Of a DNA stretch of 64,000 nt, positions 38,241 through 50,693 are shown one piece after another. The number at the start of each line of letters is the position of its first letter. The stretch's first letter is position 1. Made by a program: the position numbers and the translations under genes. The stretch comes from Callorhinchus milii. Taxonomy: Eukaryota. The stretch lies in NCBI RefSeq assembly GCF_018977255.1, contig NW_024704742.1, forward strand, positions 53,446,001 through 53,510,000, read 5' to 3'. Under the pieces are notes generated by a model, which did not search any database, was not told where the DNA came from, and saw nothing but the letters and a program-made list of their open reading frames with translations.

Positions 38241-38639
38241 CCCTTTTCTTCTGACTATTTCATATATTTGTATGTGCTAGATGCTTTTTAAAAAAAAAGA
38301 AATTCCAGTAATATTTTCATAAAGGATAATTTAGAATTTCCTCTTCATCACGACAAATAGAACAGTGTTTTTAAAATAGTTGCCGTAATAAAAAGCATTT
38401 TGTATTTGTGAGTATGTGTATGTATACATGCCTACATGAAAGACCGTGGAATGAATTTGCGGAACTAACTTTTTTCAGAGCTCAGATAAATTGCACAAGT
38501 TTTGAGCTTCTGATAAGACATTCAGCATCAATATAGTGTTTTGTGCCCTGCATGCAAAAACACTGCTTCAAAATTAAGGCTATATTTAGGTATATTCTAA
38601 ATTCTGGTTGCACTGAAATGCGACATAGAGTAATTCTAG

Positions 38640-39371
38640 ACAACAACAAGATTACATTTGTATAGCGCCTTTCATGTCGGGAGGACAGAGTACAGCATTT
38701 CAGACCTGAGCTGGGGTCGGGGGTGGGAAGGAAGGGGAGGGGAAGGGGGGTGGCCGATGGCATGGTTGAAGAGGAGGGTCTTGAGGCAGGACTTGAAGGA
38801 GGCGAAGGAGGGGGTGAGGCGGAGTGACTGGGGGACGGAATTCCAGAGGTTGGGGGCAGAGTGACTGAAGGCTCTCCCGCCAATGGTGGGGCGGGTAGGG
38901 CGGGGGACGTGGAGCAGACCAGAGCCGGCTGAGCGGCGGGAACGAACGGGTTGGTAGGGGGTTAGGAGGTCGCAGAGGTAGCGTGTGGCGAAGCCATGGA
39001 AGGCTTTGTATGTGAGGACCAGTATCTTGAACTGGATCCTCTGAAGATAGAGAGCCAGTGGAGTCGGGCGAGAGTGGGGGAGATGGGGTCACGGAGTTTG
39101 GTGCGGGAGAGGACACGGGCTGCAGAGTTCTGGTTTATCTACAGCCTGTGGAGGAGTTGGCAAGGCCGACAAGCAGGGCACTTGCAGAGTCGAGCCTGGA
39201 GATGATGAAGGCATGAACAAGAGTTTCAGCGGCCTGAGGGGTGAGGTAGTGGCGGAGTTGGGCGATGTTACGGAGGTTGAGGGAAGGCAGAGCGGGTCAT
39301 GGCTTGAGTGTGGGGGAGAAAAGAAAGTTGAGGGTCGAACAAGACACCTAGGTTTCTGACTGGCTTGGTGA
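38640..39371 (-). mobile_element. L2 LINE 3' fragment
   Basis: KPVRNLGVLFDP...AAETLVHAFIISRLD...RLHWL on the minus strand; (TTG)n tail at 38640. Confidence 0.93.
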
Positions 39372-39399
39372 CAAAAGCTTGAGTTTACAGGTATCGTGT

Positions 39400-39600
39400 A
39401 ATTCATAGAATGCTTGCACATAGTGTTCTGGTCAGACCACACCTAGAGGACTGTGTACAGTTCTGGCCCCTACAATAAATGTGAGTTGCCCAGAGGCTCC
39501 AGAGACAGTACATAGAAGAGCAATGAGGATGATCCCCAGTGTTAGAGTGATGAGCTATAAACCACAATTGGACAAGCTAGGGCTCTTCAGTCTTATAGAG
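39400..39600 (+). mobile_element. CR1 LINE C-terminal fragment
   Basis: CTGGTCAGACCACACCTAGAGGACTGTGTACAGTTCTGGCCC translates to LVRPHLEDCVQFWP (CR1 LVRPHLEYCVQFWAP). Confidence 0.85.
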
Positions 39601-39651
39601 GTAAATGGTACCCTCTGACCTACTTTACTTACTGTAGAGGTAAATGTATGT

Positions 39652-40083
39652 GTCAGCCTGGTTCAGTGGTAGCACTCTCACCTATGAGACAGAAGGTTGT
39701 GGATTGAAACTCCACATCAGACTTGTAATGCATATAGTCTAAGCTGACACTCCAGTGCAGTCCTGGGGATTTGCTGCATTGTTGGAGGTGCCATCTTTGA
39801 ATGAAATGTTAACCCAAGGCCAGGTCTGCCGATTCATGTGGACGTTAAAAATCCCACGGCACTATTCAAAAAGAGAAGGGAGTTTCTCCTGGTGTCCTGG
39901 CCAACAATCCCCAAATAAAAATTAATCATTCACTTCATGTCTGTTTGTGGGACATTGCTGTGTGCAAATTGGTTGCTGTATTTTCCCACAAAACACATAG
40001 TCACTACGTTTTGTGAAGCGCTTTGAAACATGCTACTAATGTGAAAAGCACCAGACCAAATGTAAGGATTTTTATTATTATTA
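39652..40083 (+). mobile_element. Full-length tRNA-derived Deu-domain SINE (SacSINE1/AmnSINE1-related)
   Basis: A-box GGTTCAGTGGTAG; Deu core GGTGCCATCTTTGAATGAAATGTTAACCCAAGGCC...GGACGTTAAAAATCCCACGGCACTATTC...GGTGTCCTGGCCAA; L2-type (ATT)n tail. Confidence 0.88.
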
Positions 40084-41354
40084 CTTTTAGATTTTAAATA
40101 GAAAGCAAACCCAGGACAATGCTTTTGGTTCCACTGAAACAGTAGAGCAAGCGGACACAGGTTTGGGGTTGCAAAGACAGAGACCAGAAAACATATGACT
40201 GGAACAGATTGTCAGGGTGTGTGGATGAGGCCAGGATTCTGGATTCATTTAAGAAACAGCTTGATTTTGTGATGGAGGATGGTATTCTGGAGGGATGAGA
40301 TCTTGTGAAAATTGAGAAGGTCACTAGGAGAATTTAAACCAAAGGCTTGATAGTATCAAAACAATTGTAATAATAAACCGACCAAAATAACTGAATTGAA
40401 ATGTTTTCACAGCTTGGTTTATTTATTTTTGCAGCAATCTAACACTAATTCATATCTAAAACTGAATTTATATTAAAAACAAAATCAGAAAACAATGCAA
40501 ATGGAGGTACAAAGCAGTATTTTGTAAATAAATATATCAAATTTAGCATTACTATAATTATGTCACATGATACAAATGCATATTCAGGTTCCAAGTTCTA
40601 TTATCATATCAGCTTGTAACACAATCAGTCTTTGTCATAATTTACAGTCAACATACATGATATCTTTGAGAGTTCCATGCCATATCACACACATTTTTAA
40701 ACAACGGTGAAAATCTCCACAACAAACAGCTGCACAGACGACATTACAATGATGAGAAAGGAATTAGGAACTGAATTTGGTATCTTATCCCTAATGCAAA
40801 TAATCACTGATGCCTCTGATTGAATTTAGAGACTAATACAATTTCAGAGTTCAATTCATGTTCAAAGACCAGCTGAACTCTCTCTCTCTCTCACTCTCTC
40901 ATACAAACACGCACACACTCACTCACATACATATATTACTTAGCATTTCAATTGGATCAACGCCTTACAATTCATCAACAGCTATTCATTATACCTGTAG
41001 AGTTAGAGAGAAAATTGCATTTCAAAATGAAATATGTGCAGTTTTGTTGCAGCCAGATTTGATATTATTTTAGACGTTACATTGCAGAATTACCATATAT
41101 TAAATCAAACAGCACTTATCAATAGAAACATAATCTCCCCTTCCCACTAGTCTTTCAAAATGGTGCAAACTCTGCAACAATCTGCTGCTTAAAGACACAG
41201 TGGCCCATCATTGAATCTTGGAATTGTTAAGGCTGTACAGAATTAAATATCCAATGAATAATAGCAATAGTGTGGCATTTACTGAATGATGCAAGAATCT
41301 CCTTATCAACAATCCTTTCATTGCTAAGACATATTTTATCAGAATTTTTTTTTA

Positions 41355-41573
41355 CGTGAAAGGATCCCTTATAGTATCTAGCATTAGTTATTTCACTTCA
41401 TGGTTGTTTGTGGATATTGCTGTGCACAAAGCGACTGCCACTTTCACCTCAAAATACACAGTCACTACACTTTACAGTAAATCTTGTGAAGCACTTTGAG
41501 ACTTCTCCTGATGTAAAAGATGCTATATAAATGTAAGTTGTATTATACTGTATAAGGATTATTTATTATTATT
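41355..41573 (+). mobile_element. Deu-SINE 3' fragment
   Basis: CACTTCATGGTTGTTTGTGGATATTGCTGTGCACAAA...GTGAAGCACTTTGAGAC. Confidence 0.75.
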
Positions 41574-42284
41574 GCAAAAAGTCATTTACATGTTGTTCTA
41601 CTCATTTCGGACAACCATTTATCCCAATTGGTCAGATGCTTCCCTGCCACTCACTGCACAGATAAGCCATCATTAACTATTTAACCTAATAAATTGCCAG
41701 GGTTTAATGACATGAGAACTAGCTGAAACCATAAAAGGTAATGAACACGTATTTCAAACATGTTACAATGCAAAATGATCCATTTTCTGTAACTAATTCC
41801 ATAAAAGATAATATTTTGATTTTTGGAAGACATTAAAAAGATAGTTGTCCAGGTTAATTTTTAATGTTCTTGAGTAAAGATTTAGTTATCACAAGAGATC
41901 AATAGCGGTTTGAATTACGAAATCCCTTCAGCCTATTTGATCTCATCCATCTGTGCACTTCAATATATTTATGATGGAAAACAGGTTTCTGAGACTAGTA
42001 ACAATTTCCTGTTCCAAATGCTACTGGCTCAGATAATCCCACTGAATCACTTGTGAGTTCTTGTGAGTTTCAATTGTCTATTTGCCAAATATTTTTCGTT
42101 TAAGGAAGGCAATTTGAGTTGTTTACTAAACTCTGCATTATGATATGCTAATTCCTGGTTTTAAATTGCTGTGATGATATTTGCTGATTCTCTTAGCAAT
42201 GCAGAAACTGTAGCAGTTGTTAACTGTATGATTTGTGCCATGTCAAGAGATTTTCATAAGATGGTTTTTAATTATCAAACTCGC

Positions 42285-42401
42285 AATAATAATAATAATG
42301 CTTGCAGTTGATACAGCATCTTATCACATCTTCAAGATGTTTCAAAGTGCTTCCCAGAATATACTGTAAAGTGAATTGACTGTATATTTTGTGGGCAAAA
42401 C
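42285..42401 (-). mobile_element. SINE 3' tail fragment
   Basis: (AAT)n...TCAAAGTGCTTCCCAGAATATACTGTAAAGTGAATTGAC. Confidence 0.85.
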
Positions 42402-42799
42402 TCAAATTAGGGGTATAATTCCAAGGCAATGAAGTGTTCAAACATTTCCTCATAAATAAATAGGATCCTATAAAAAGGCATACATGATTCAAACTTCACG
42501 CACAATAAATCTGAGCATGTTGTTTAAATCTATTATTATCCAATTTAACACTGGTAGGGAATGGAGGATGGATTAAATTGGTCACAATTGCTGCCTGTAT
42601 TCATCAAATGACACATTGCCAGTTTTACACATTTAATATGACTATGACTATACCTAACCAATAATGAAAAATATGTTTTATAGAGAGAACAAAATATGCA
42701 GGGGAAAAATATGAGGGTAAATTAATATTAATTCTTGCAGTTGATGTATCATTTTATCTTGTTGTCAAATGTCTCAAAGCACTTCACAGGATTTTATTG

Positions 42800-44220
42800 G
42801 AAGTTGAATGAGGACGGGGGTGATAGGCTCATAGATCCTGGTGTGGGAGAGGACACAGGCTGCAGAGTTCTGAATAGTCTACAGCTTGGGTAGGGAAGAC
42901 CTGGGGGCTTGGTTTGCAGAGCCTCAATGTAATCAAACCTGGAAGATATGAAAGCATGGATGAAGGTCTCAGCAGCCTGAGGGGGAGAGGTAATAGTGGA
43001 GATGGCCAATGTTATGGAGGTGAAGGAAAGGTTGGTGCGTATAGAGTTTGCATGACAGTTAGGGGACGAAAAAGACACCAAGATTTCGCACCAGCTCCTG
43101 GGTGCAGTGCATATCCACGCAGGTTGATGTTGTCAGAGCCTGAGGAGAGAAGATTCTAATGGGAGCCAAGCAGGAGAGCCTCGGTTTTGTATACATTTAA
43201 CTGAAGAAAGTAAGAGCTTATCCAGGGGTCGATGTCCGATAGGTATTGAGTAGAAAAGCAGTGGTCTTGGAGTCAAACATACAGGCAGAGAGATAGAGTT
43301 GGTGGCATCCGTGTATATGTGGAAGTGAACTCCATGTCTGTGGATGCATAAAGGAAAGCTGAGAGGCTGTGACTGGTTCCAGTACCTTCAAGAGAAAAGG
43401 CAGGTTAGAGGTGGGAATGTAAATTGAGACCATGCAAGGCTCAAGAGAGGGTTTCTCAGAAGAGGTATGATGACAGTGTTTTTGAAGGATGTGGGAACTA
43501 TACCAGAGGAGAGAGGGAGTGGTTCAAAATGTTTGCTAGTAGGGGGCAAGGAGGATAAACTAATTGTTCAGGAGAGGGGTGGCATGGGGTAGGTAGCAGG
43601 TGGTGGGTTTCATGCGGGAGGGCAGGTGGAGGAGTGCAGAGGCAGCAGTGCGGATCCTCACTGTCCTGTGGAAGTCCATCATCTTCTTGTGTTGGAACTG
43701 AGGAGGGATGGGACATGTGAAGGAAAGCAAAATAAAGTGGTTTGCAATAAAGTAGTTGAGGATTGTCCTTAGTCTCCAGGAAAGACGATTTAGCTCAGGT
43801 GAAGGCAGAGCAGTAGGCTTTAGTATGGTCAAGCCTTAAGTGGCGGTGGACCATGAGGATTATGTGCATTAGGCAGCATATATCTGTGATTTGAGGGAGC
43901 AGAGGTGACTACAGTAATATGAGATGTGATGATGGTGAGGATGTTGAGAATGGTGGTGAGGGAATCATAATAATAATCCTTGCATTTGATATAGCGTCTT
44001 ATCACATCTTCGAGAAGTCTCAAAGTGCTTCACAGAATATACTGTAAAGTGAATTGACTGTATACTTTGTGGGCAGAGGAGATAAGGTTAAGGCAGGCAG
44101 AGGATCAGAGGGGCAGAAGTTCAGAAGATTCAAGGGTAATGGAGAGGGAATGGGGGGGTTATGTTCTTCCAGGATTGGAAGGAGATGTTGGCAAGTTTGG
44201 TGGCAGGAAAGGGGAATCAG
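42800..44220 (-). mobile_element. Old, deletion-riddled L2 ORF2, interrupted by a SINE tail at 43968-44073
   Basis: IPTSNLPFLLKVLE, LLANILNHSLS and AAETFIHAFISSRFDY motifs in successive broken frames. Confidence 0.8.
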
Positions 44221-44878
44221 ACTCCGCCACTGTCTCACCCCTCAGGCTGCAGAAACTCTCACCCATGCATTCATCACCTCAAGGCTTGATTACGGGAACT
44301 CCCTCCTCATCGGCCTTCCCAACTATTCCCTTCACAAGCTACAGATCATCCAGAACTTTGCAGCTCATGTACTTTCATGCACCAGACTCTGTGACCCCAT
44401 CACTCCCACCCTCACCCGACTCCACTGGCTCCCCATCCCCCAGAGGATCGACTTCAAGATCCTCATCCTCACTTTCAAAGCCATCCATGGCTTTGCTCCC
44501 TCCTACTTCTCTGACCTGCTGACTCCCTACCAACCTGCTCCCTCCCTCGGTTCAGTGGGCTCCGGGCTGCTCCATGTCTGCTGCCCAACCCGCCCTACCA
44601 TCGGTGGCTGGGCTTTCAGCCTCTCTGCCCCCACACTCTGGAACTCCATCCCACGGTCCCTTCACCTCGCTTCCTCCCTTGCTTCCTTAAAGCCTGGTCC
44701 AACACCCTTCTCTTCGACTGTGCCTTTGCTCTCCTTCCCACTTCTCTGCCTTCCCTCACCCCTACACACCCTTCCCCCATGCTCGGGCCCCAACACCTGA
44801 CTGTTCAGTGCTTTGGGATGTCCTCCCGACATGAAAGGTGCTCTATAAATGTAATTTTGTTATTGTTGTTGTTGTTGA
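44221..44878 (+). mobile_element. Young L2 3' fragment
   Basis: [34 protein letters not shown]...[17 protein letters not shown]...LWNSIP, then a (TTG)n tail. Confidence 0.95.
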
Positions 44879-44954
44879 TATTAGAGATGGAGAAGCCATT
44901 TAAGCAATTAATCTTAAGCAATTAACCTCCACCTGCCCTCCTGCAATTAATTAC

Positions 44955-45210
44955 AGAGTTGAGGAAACATTTCTTCACTCAGAGGGTAGTGAATTTATGG
45001 AATTCACTACCCCAGAAGGCTGTAGATGCTCAGTCCTTGAACATCTTCAAGGCTGAGACTGATAGATTTTAAAAAATAGAGGGTTTAGGGGTATGGGGAT
45101 AGGGCAGGTAATTAGAATTAGGTCTGAAGATCAGCCATGATCTTATCGAATGGCGGGGCAGGCTCGAGGGGCCGAATGGCCTACTCCTGCTCCTAATTCT
45201 TATGTTCTTA
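44955..45210 (+). mobile_element. CR1 LINE 3' end
   Basis: ELRKHFFTQRVVNLWNSLPQKAV, and 3' UTR GGCTCGAGGGGCCGAATGGCCTACTCCTGCTCCTAATTCTTATGTTCTTA. Confidence 0.93.
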
Positions 45211-46049
45211 ATCAAATTGATTATTTACATTTACCAAGAGAATCAGTCTTATTTATTGTTTCTCAACATCCTTTGCGAAGAGCTGATGGAATACTGCAGT
45301 TATTTTAAGTTCATTTGAATTTGCATCTGGTTTGCAACTTATATGTCAGCAAAAATGTACTTGGAGAAGGCAATTGGGAAGCCTTAAGCACCCTAGGTGT
45401 TCCCTGTAACTGAAGGCTTCTGAATTAAAAGGACAAGTAAAAAGATGAAGATAGGAATTCCCACGTTAGTGTAGCGTGTGATGTAAATTAAACCTTTTAG
45501 ATTGCATGATAAATTGGTTGTTAGTTTGTTCTTCACAACCTGCCATTATTCTGGAGAGAAAAATAATTACTGTTGTATCTGTTTTCACACTCACATTTCC
45601 TTGCGCAATAGTTCAAACTCTTGGTTCATGGCCCTATATTTGTAATACAGTCGCTGTGGTTTGTGGCTTTTCTAGTTTATTTTAATAAAGTTAGAAGTTA
45701 CTTGATCTAATTTATATAGCAAATTTAATTTCTCACAAAAAAAATCCAATTGTGAACGTAATGAAAATTTAGCTATGTACCTTTAAATACAATTTACAAT
45801 TTATATAGCGCCTTTCACAATGGGACATCACATAGTGGTTCTATTCACATACATAGATTTGGAGACAATGCAATTTCTAACTTAACATGTTGTGGCTGTC
45901 AAGAGGGCTCAGTGTACTTAACCAGCAGCTGGCCTAGATTTAGGAAATTAATGAAATTCAAGGAAAGTATAATGAAAGTTATTCTCATTGGAAATGTGGA
46001 AGCGTCAAGGTGACTGAACAAAAAATGTTAAGATTATGAATAGGATTGA

Positions 46050-46420
46050 TACAACAACAACTTCCATTTTACACAGTGTACTCACTCAGGGTAATTTCTT
46101 GGAGCACTGCAGAGTAGCTGAGGCTGAGCAAGTGAGAAAGGGCAGCGGGAGGTGACCATATGCACAGTCAAAGAGGTAGGTCTTCAGTTGGGATTTAACG
46201 ATAGATGCCAAGGGAGTAAGAAGGAAGCTTTGAGGTAGTGAGTTCTAAAGATTAGGGGTGTAGTGGCTGAATGCACGGCCACCGGTGGAGCAGAAGTGTC
46301 AGTGGACACGCAGCAGGCCTGTGTTAGCTGAGCGAAGGAGTCAAGCAGAGGAGCGGGGTATAAGCAGGTCAGAGTGAAAGGGAGGTACCAGCGTGTGAAG
46401 AGATTTGTATGTGAGAGTGG
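46050..46420 (-). mobile_element. Old L2 3' fragment
   Basis: (CAA)n tail and a degenerate GGRAFS/LWNSL coding region. Confidence 0.6.
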
Positions 46421-48060
46421 GGTTTAGATAGTTGTCCTTCAACTTCTGCATCCACATCATTGATAAGGGCAAAATAACCGGTATATTAACTGCCATTAAT
46501 ATTGAGTTTTCTCTTTACACTCCTTTGTTAAAGATGTTATTGTAAACTACAAATAGACAATTCCATATTACTTAATTACAACATAAAATCAGACATTTTT
46601 CAAAGTGCCCAATCTGCTCTAGAGATATGCAGACTATACTCTCTGACAAGATTCATCAATATTCCACTCAGTTAGTTTTTTGATGGGTTTAGAGCAAAGA
46701 TTGATGCTTGGCTTTACTGATGAAATCCATCAGACAATATTATTAGCTGAGTTGTCACCTTTTAGGAAATGCAATCATCATTGCCCTGACAACGTATCTA
46801 AGAGGTGCTGTTATTAGTTAGATGGAAAATGGTTACATCTACACTTCAAGATGTGAAAGGATCCATTAATCCACATTGCTCATATAGCCCTACACATCCC
46901 AGTAATAATATGCCTGCATTTCTGTCACTAAGTTCAAGTTATAAAAGCCTTTACCTTTTATGCACATCATTCGTTTACCAAACAGCAAGATACAGTACTT
47001 CACAGCTCCAAAGATATAGATATAGTCCACTTTCTCATTGTTCATTGCACTAGTTTCTCATTGTTCTTGCACCTTGTTTCCTCTGTGAACACATACTAAT
47101 TTGTTTATTAGTGCACAGTTTGGGGCAAGTGTACAGAATAGCAATGATATACCTAAACTATCAAAAAAATGCATCAAAACCTATTATGTTTTAAATCTCT
47201 GTCTTTTACGGGTGTAAATTCTGGATCTGAAATCTATATGAGGTTAAGCCTGAGCGAGATATCATTTGTGCCACTGCAGCGATCCATCATTTATATCAAA
47301 ATTCCAAGACAACAAAATACTATTTCTTTACAGTCTTACTAAACCTTTATGCCTTTGGGACTTGGGGCTCAGATTGGATTACTTGGTAACTGGTTCCCAT
47401 GCTTTCCAGACCGAGCTATTAGATTGCAGTGTTGCTGCCTGAGGTCATTTGTTTTCAGCTAAATGAATTATAACCCAGTCTCCTGCCTACCACTGTTGCA
47501 ACAGATATTGAATTTTCTATGCAAATTTTCTATTTAAAAGTAGCTTGGGACTGGTGTATCCATTAGTAGGAAAGTATATCTCTTTCCTAATTATATTATG
47601 TCTGTCCAATCTAGCCTCACAGTATTTCCTATTATAACTGTGTATGCTATCATGACCATTAGCTTCAAATCCTGGTCAATGTAGCACTACCCTTGTTTTC
47701 TCCAATTAAATACTACTTTTCATAAAGAATAATCAAGAAAGACAGCAACTTGAGATCCTGAAGAGAATCACTGAAGAGGCAGAACCTGCAGACAAAGAAA
47801 ACAAACAAAAAATACAAAAAAGATTTATCAAACAAATTACAGTTAACACATCATCATCAACTCTCACAGGATTGCAGATCAACTATCTTCAGAAACACTT
47901 TTTCTTCCAAACTATGCCTGTATTAAAAACAAATTCAAAAATGTGCTGGTAATTATCATTATTTCTATGGGTCTATCAGGTAGAAATTTTACCAGGGTCT
48001 ACCTGGGTGTATGTAACATTTCAGAACATCAAAAAAATTGCAAATTATTCAAACTAATAT

Positions 48061-48380
48061 AATAATAATATAATAATAATCCTTGCATTTGATATAGCGC
48101 TTTTCACATCTTCTAGATGTCTCAAAGCGCTTCACAGAATATGCTGTAAAGTGAATTGACCGTATATTTGTGGGTGAAATGTGGCAGCCAATTGCGCACA
48201 GCAGTGTCCCACAAACAGTCATGGATTAAAAATGACCAATTTATTATTGTTTTGTTTTGGAGGGATTATTATTAGGCGTGTGGAGTAAGGAAACTTGCCC
48301 AGGGTTTTGCCCTGCCTGGAATTGAACCCAGGTGTCTCGCTTGCAAGGCGAGTGCTCTAACCACTGAGCTACAGGACTCC
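48061..48380 (-). mobile_element. Young tRNA-derived SINE, short variant
   Basis: Near-consensus copy ending CCACTGAGCTACAGGACTCC. Confidence 0.96.
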
Positions 48381-48902
48381 ACAAGCATATAAAATCCACA
48401 TGTCCATAACTGTATTATGATTGCGCAAACATATGTTGCTGTAAGAGAGAGGTGAGATTATGATATGACAATTCAAAACAATTTGAAATACAGTTCATTA
48501 GCCTTCGTATAGAGAAGAGTAATGAACTAGAAAGAATGGCTAGACAAACTAGAGCTCTTTGACAAAGACATCTCATAAAGGATATTACAGAAGTGTGCTT
48601 AATGGGATGGCAAATGTAAATCCAGATCAACAAAAATAACTTGCATTTGTATAGTGCCCTTCACACAAGTAGTGTCTCAGAGCATTGGATTTAAGATATA
48701 TTTCAGATATCCAGTGTCCTGGCCAAAAATTCCCCCAATTATAATTCAGCATTCACTTCATGTGAGACAATTCCATGTACAAATTGGCTGCCAAATTCAC
48801 CTACAAAATACATAGTCACTACACCTTATAGTAAAATCCTGTGACGTGCTTTGAGATGTCGTCCAGACATAAAAGTCTCTATATCAAATGCAAGTATTAC
48901 TA

Positions 48903-49200
48903 TATGTCAAGGTAGCAGAACAAGAAGGCATGGGTTAAGGAAATGTGAAGGTCAAGTTTACGACAGTTATTAGAAAGTATTTCTTTCCGGAGGATAAGCA
49001 ATAACTGTAAAGGGTTAACATGAAGGGTACCAGACAGCGTGATGCTGGAACAGGAAGATAGTATGTTGATCTCCTGAAGAATGAGATTAAATAGGTCAAA
49101 GGTCAATAGGACTTCTTCATCTGAACATCTTGCGGTCTTGTGTGTAGAAGAAGGGCAGCGACAGGGAGAGAACGGGACACCTTGAAGCAACTCACGTCTC
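48903..49200 (-). mobile_element. Very old L2 ORF2 fragment
   Basis: LQGVPFSP...SITLSGTL...LTHAFLFCYLD, compared with [14 protein letters not shown] and [11 protein letters not shown]. Confidence 0.5.
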
Positions 49201-49216
49201 AAAGGTGGAATAATGT

Positions 49217-49310
49217 CCATAATATAATAATAATCCTTGCATTTGATATAGCGCTTTTCACATCTTCTAGATGTCTCAAAGCGCTTCACAGAATATGCTG
49301 TAAAGTGATA
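49217..49310 (-). mobile_element. 5'-truncated SINE tail with a 17-bp target-site duplication
   Basis: CAAAGGTGGAATAATGT at 49200-49216 and 49311-49327 flanks the SINE 3' end. Confidence 0.92.
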
Positions 49311-49469
49311 CAAAGGTGGAATAATGTAGTGCCTGATGTGATAATTATCACAAAGATAGAAAACTGCCCTCCACGCTCCACGCTTAAAACCTGTCCCCAA
49401 TGAGAGATTAATACAATACAATCCAATTTACATTGGATGTAAATTGCTGGATGGGTACTCGAGCTGCAG

Positions 49470-49808
49470 GTTGGAGCTGAGGGGGGTTATAAATGTACCA
49501 AAGAAGTCGTTTATAAATATGGCTTGAACTAGGCGAAAGGGGAAGCGAGTTGGAGGGATTCTGGGATGGAGTTCCAGAAAGCAGAGGGTAGAATGGCTGA
49601 CAGCCTTTCTGCTGAAGGTGGAGAGGATAGGGTGGTAGACATGGAGCAGGCTGGTGCCTGCTGAGCGAACAGAGCAGGTGGGTCTTTGTGGTTGCATGAG
49701 ATCACAGAAATAGGGTGGGGGGAGACCATGGAGGGAATTGAAGGTGTAAATGAGGATCTTGAGCTCGATCCACTGGGTGATGGGAAGCCAGTAGAGCCGA
49801 GCCAGCCA
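49470..49808 (-). mobile_element. L2 C-terminal fragment
   Basis: LARLYWLPITQWIELKILIYTFNSLHGLPPPYFCDL. Confidence 0.85.
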
Positions 49809-49811
49809 AAT

Positions 49812-50124
49812 GGAGTCCTGTAGCTCAGTGGTTAGAGCTCTTGCATTGCAAGCAAGACACCTGAGTTCAATTCCAGGCAGGGCAAAATCTTGGGCCAGTT
49901 TCCTTACTCCACACACCTAATAATAATCCCTCCAAAAAACAAAACAATAATAAATTGGTCATTTTCAATCCACGACTGTTTGTGAAATTGCTATGTGCAA
50001 TTGGCTGCTGCATTTCACCTACAAATATATGGTTGATTCATTTTACAGCATATTCTGTGAAGCGCTTTGAGACGTTTAGAAGACGTGAAAAGCGCTATAT
50101 CAAATGCAAGGATTATTATTATTA
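49812..50124 (+). mobile_element. Young tRNA-derived SINE, short variant
   Basis: GGAGTCCTGTAGCTCAGTGGTTAGAGC head and (ATT)n tail. Confidence 0.95.
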
Positions 50125-50382
50125 TGTGTTCCCTAATGATTGAACATCCTGCTCTGAACTCTCAACTCCAAAGAATGGTTTCTCCCAAGCAAAAATCTTT
50201 AGAACAAAAAAAAGTTTATTTAAAAAAGTTATTAAGTATGGCAAAAGCCTTTAATTGAGGCCGTAGAGCAGCATTTTCACTTTAAATTTAACTTGCAAAC
50301 TCAATGTTAAAACTATATCTGATGAAGCAGGGTTTAATCGCTGGTCCACAGAACAACAACAAAATTACATTTGTAATACTAC

Positions 50383-50693
50383 TAATAATAATCCTTGCAT
50401 TTGTTATATAGCAGTTTTCACATCTTCTAGACATCTCAAAGCGTTTCACAGAATATACTGTAAAGTGAATTGACTGTATATTTGTGGATGAAACGTGGCA
50501 GCCAATTGTGCACAGCAGTGTCCCACAAACAGTCATGGATTGAGTGACCAAATTATTATAATTTTGTTTTCTTGAGGGATTATTATCAGGCGTGTGGAGT
50601 AGGGAAACTTGCCCAAGTTTTCGCCCTGCTGGGAATTGAACCCAGGTCTCTCGCTTGTGAGGCGAATGCTCTAACCACTGAGCTACAGGACTC
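50383..50693 (-). mobile_element. Young tRNA-derived SINE, short variant, nested in an L2 tail (50352-50870)
   Basis: Full SINE; the flanks AACAACAACAAAATTACATTTGTA and TAGTGCCTTTCATGTGAGGAGGACATCCC rejoin as an L2 3' end. Confidence 0.93.

Noticed and set aside
40960..41020. Strong minus-strand splice acceptors near 40995 (also near 47786 and 63256)
   Set aside because: Downstream frames close quickly or lack a good donor; no supportable coding exon.
42800..44878. Single L2 with a twin-priming 5' inversion
   Set aside because: The two parts overlap in ORF2 content and differ greatly in divergence, so they are independent insertions. The 248-aa ORF at 44054 is a chimera across the junction.
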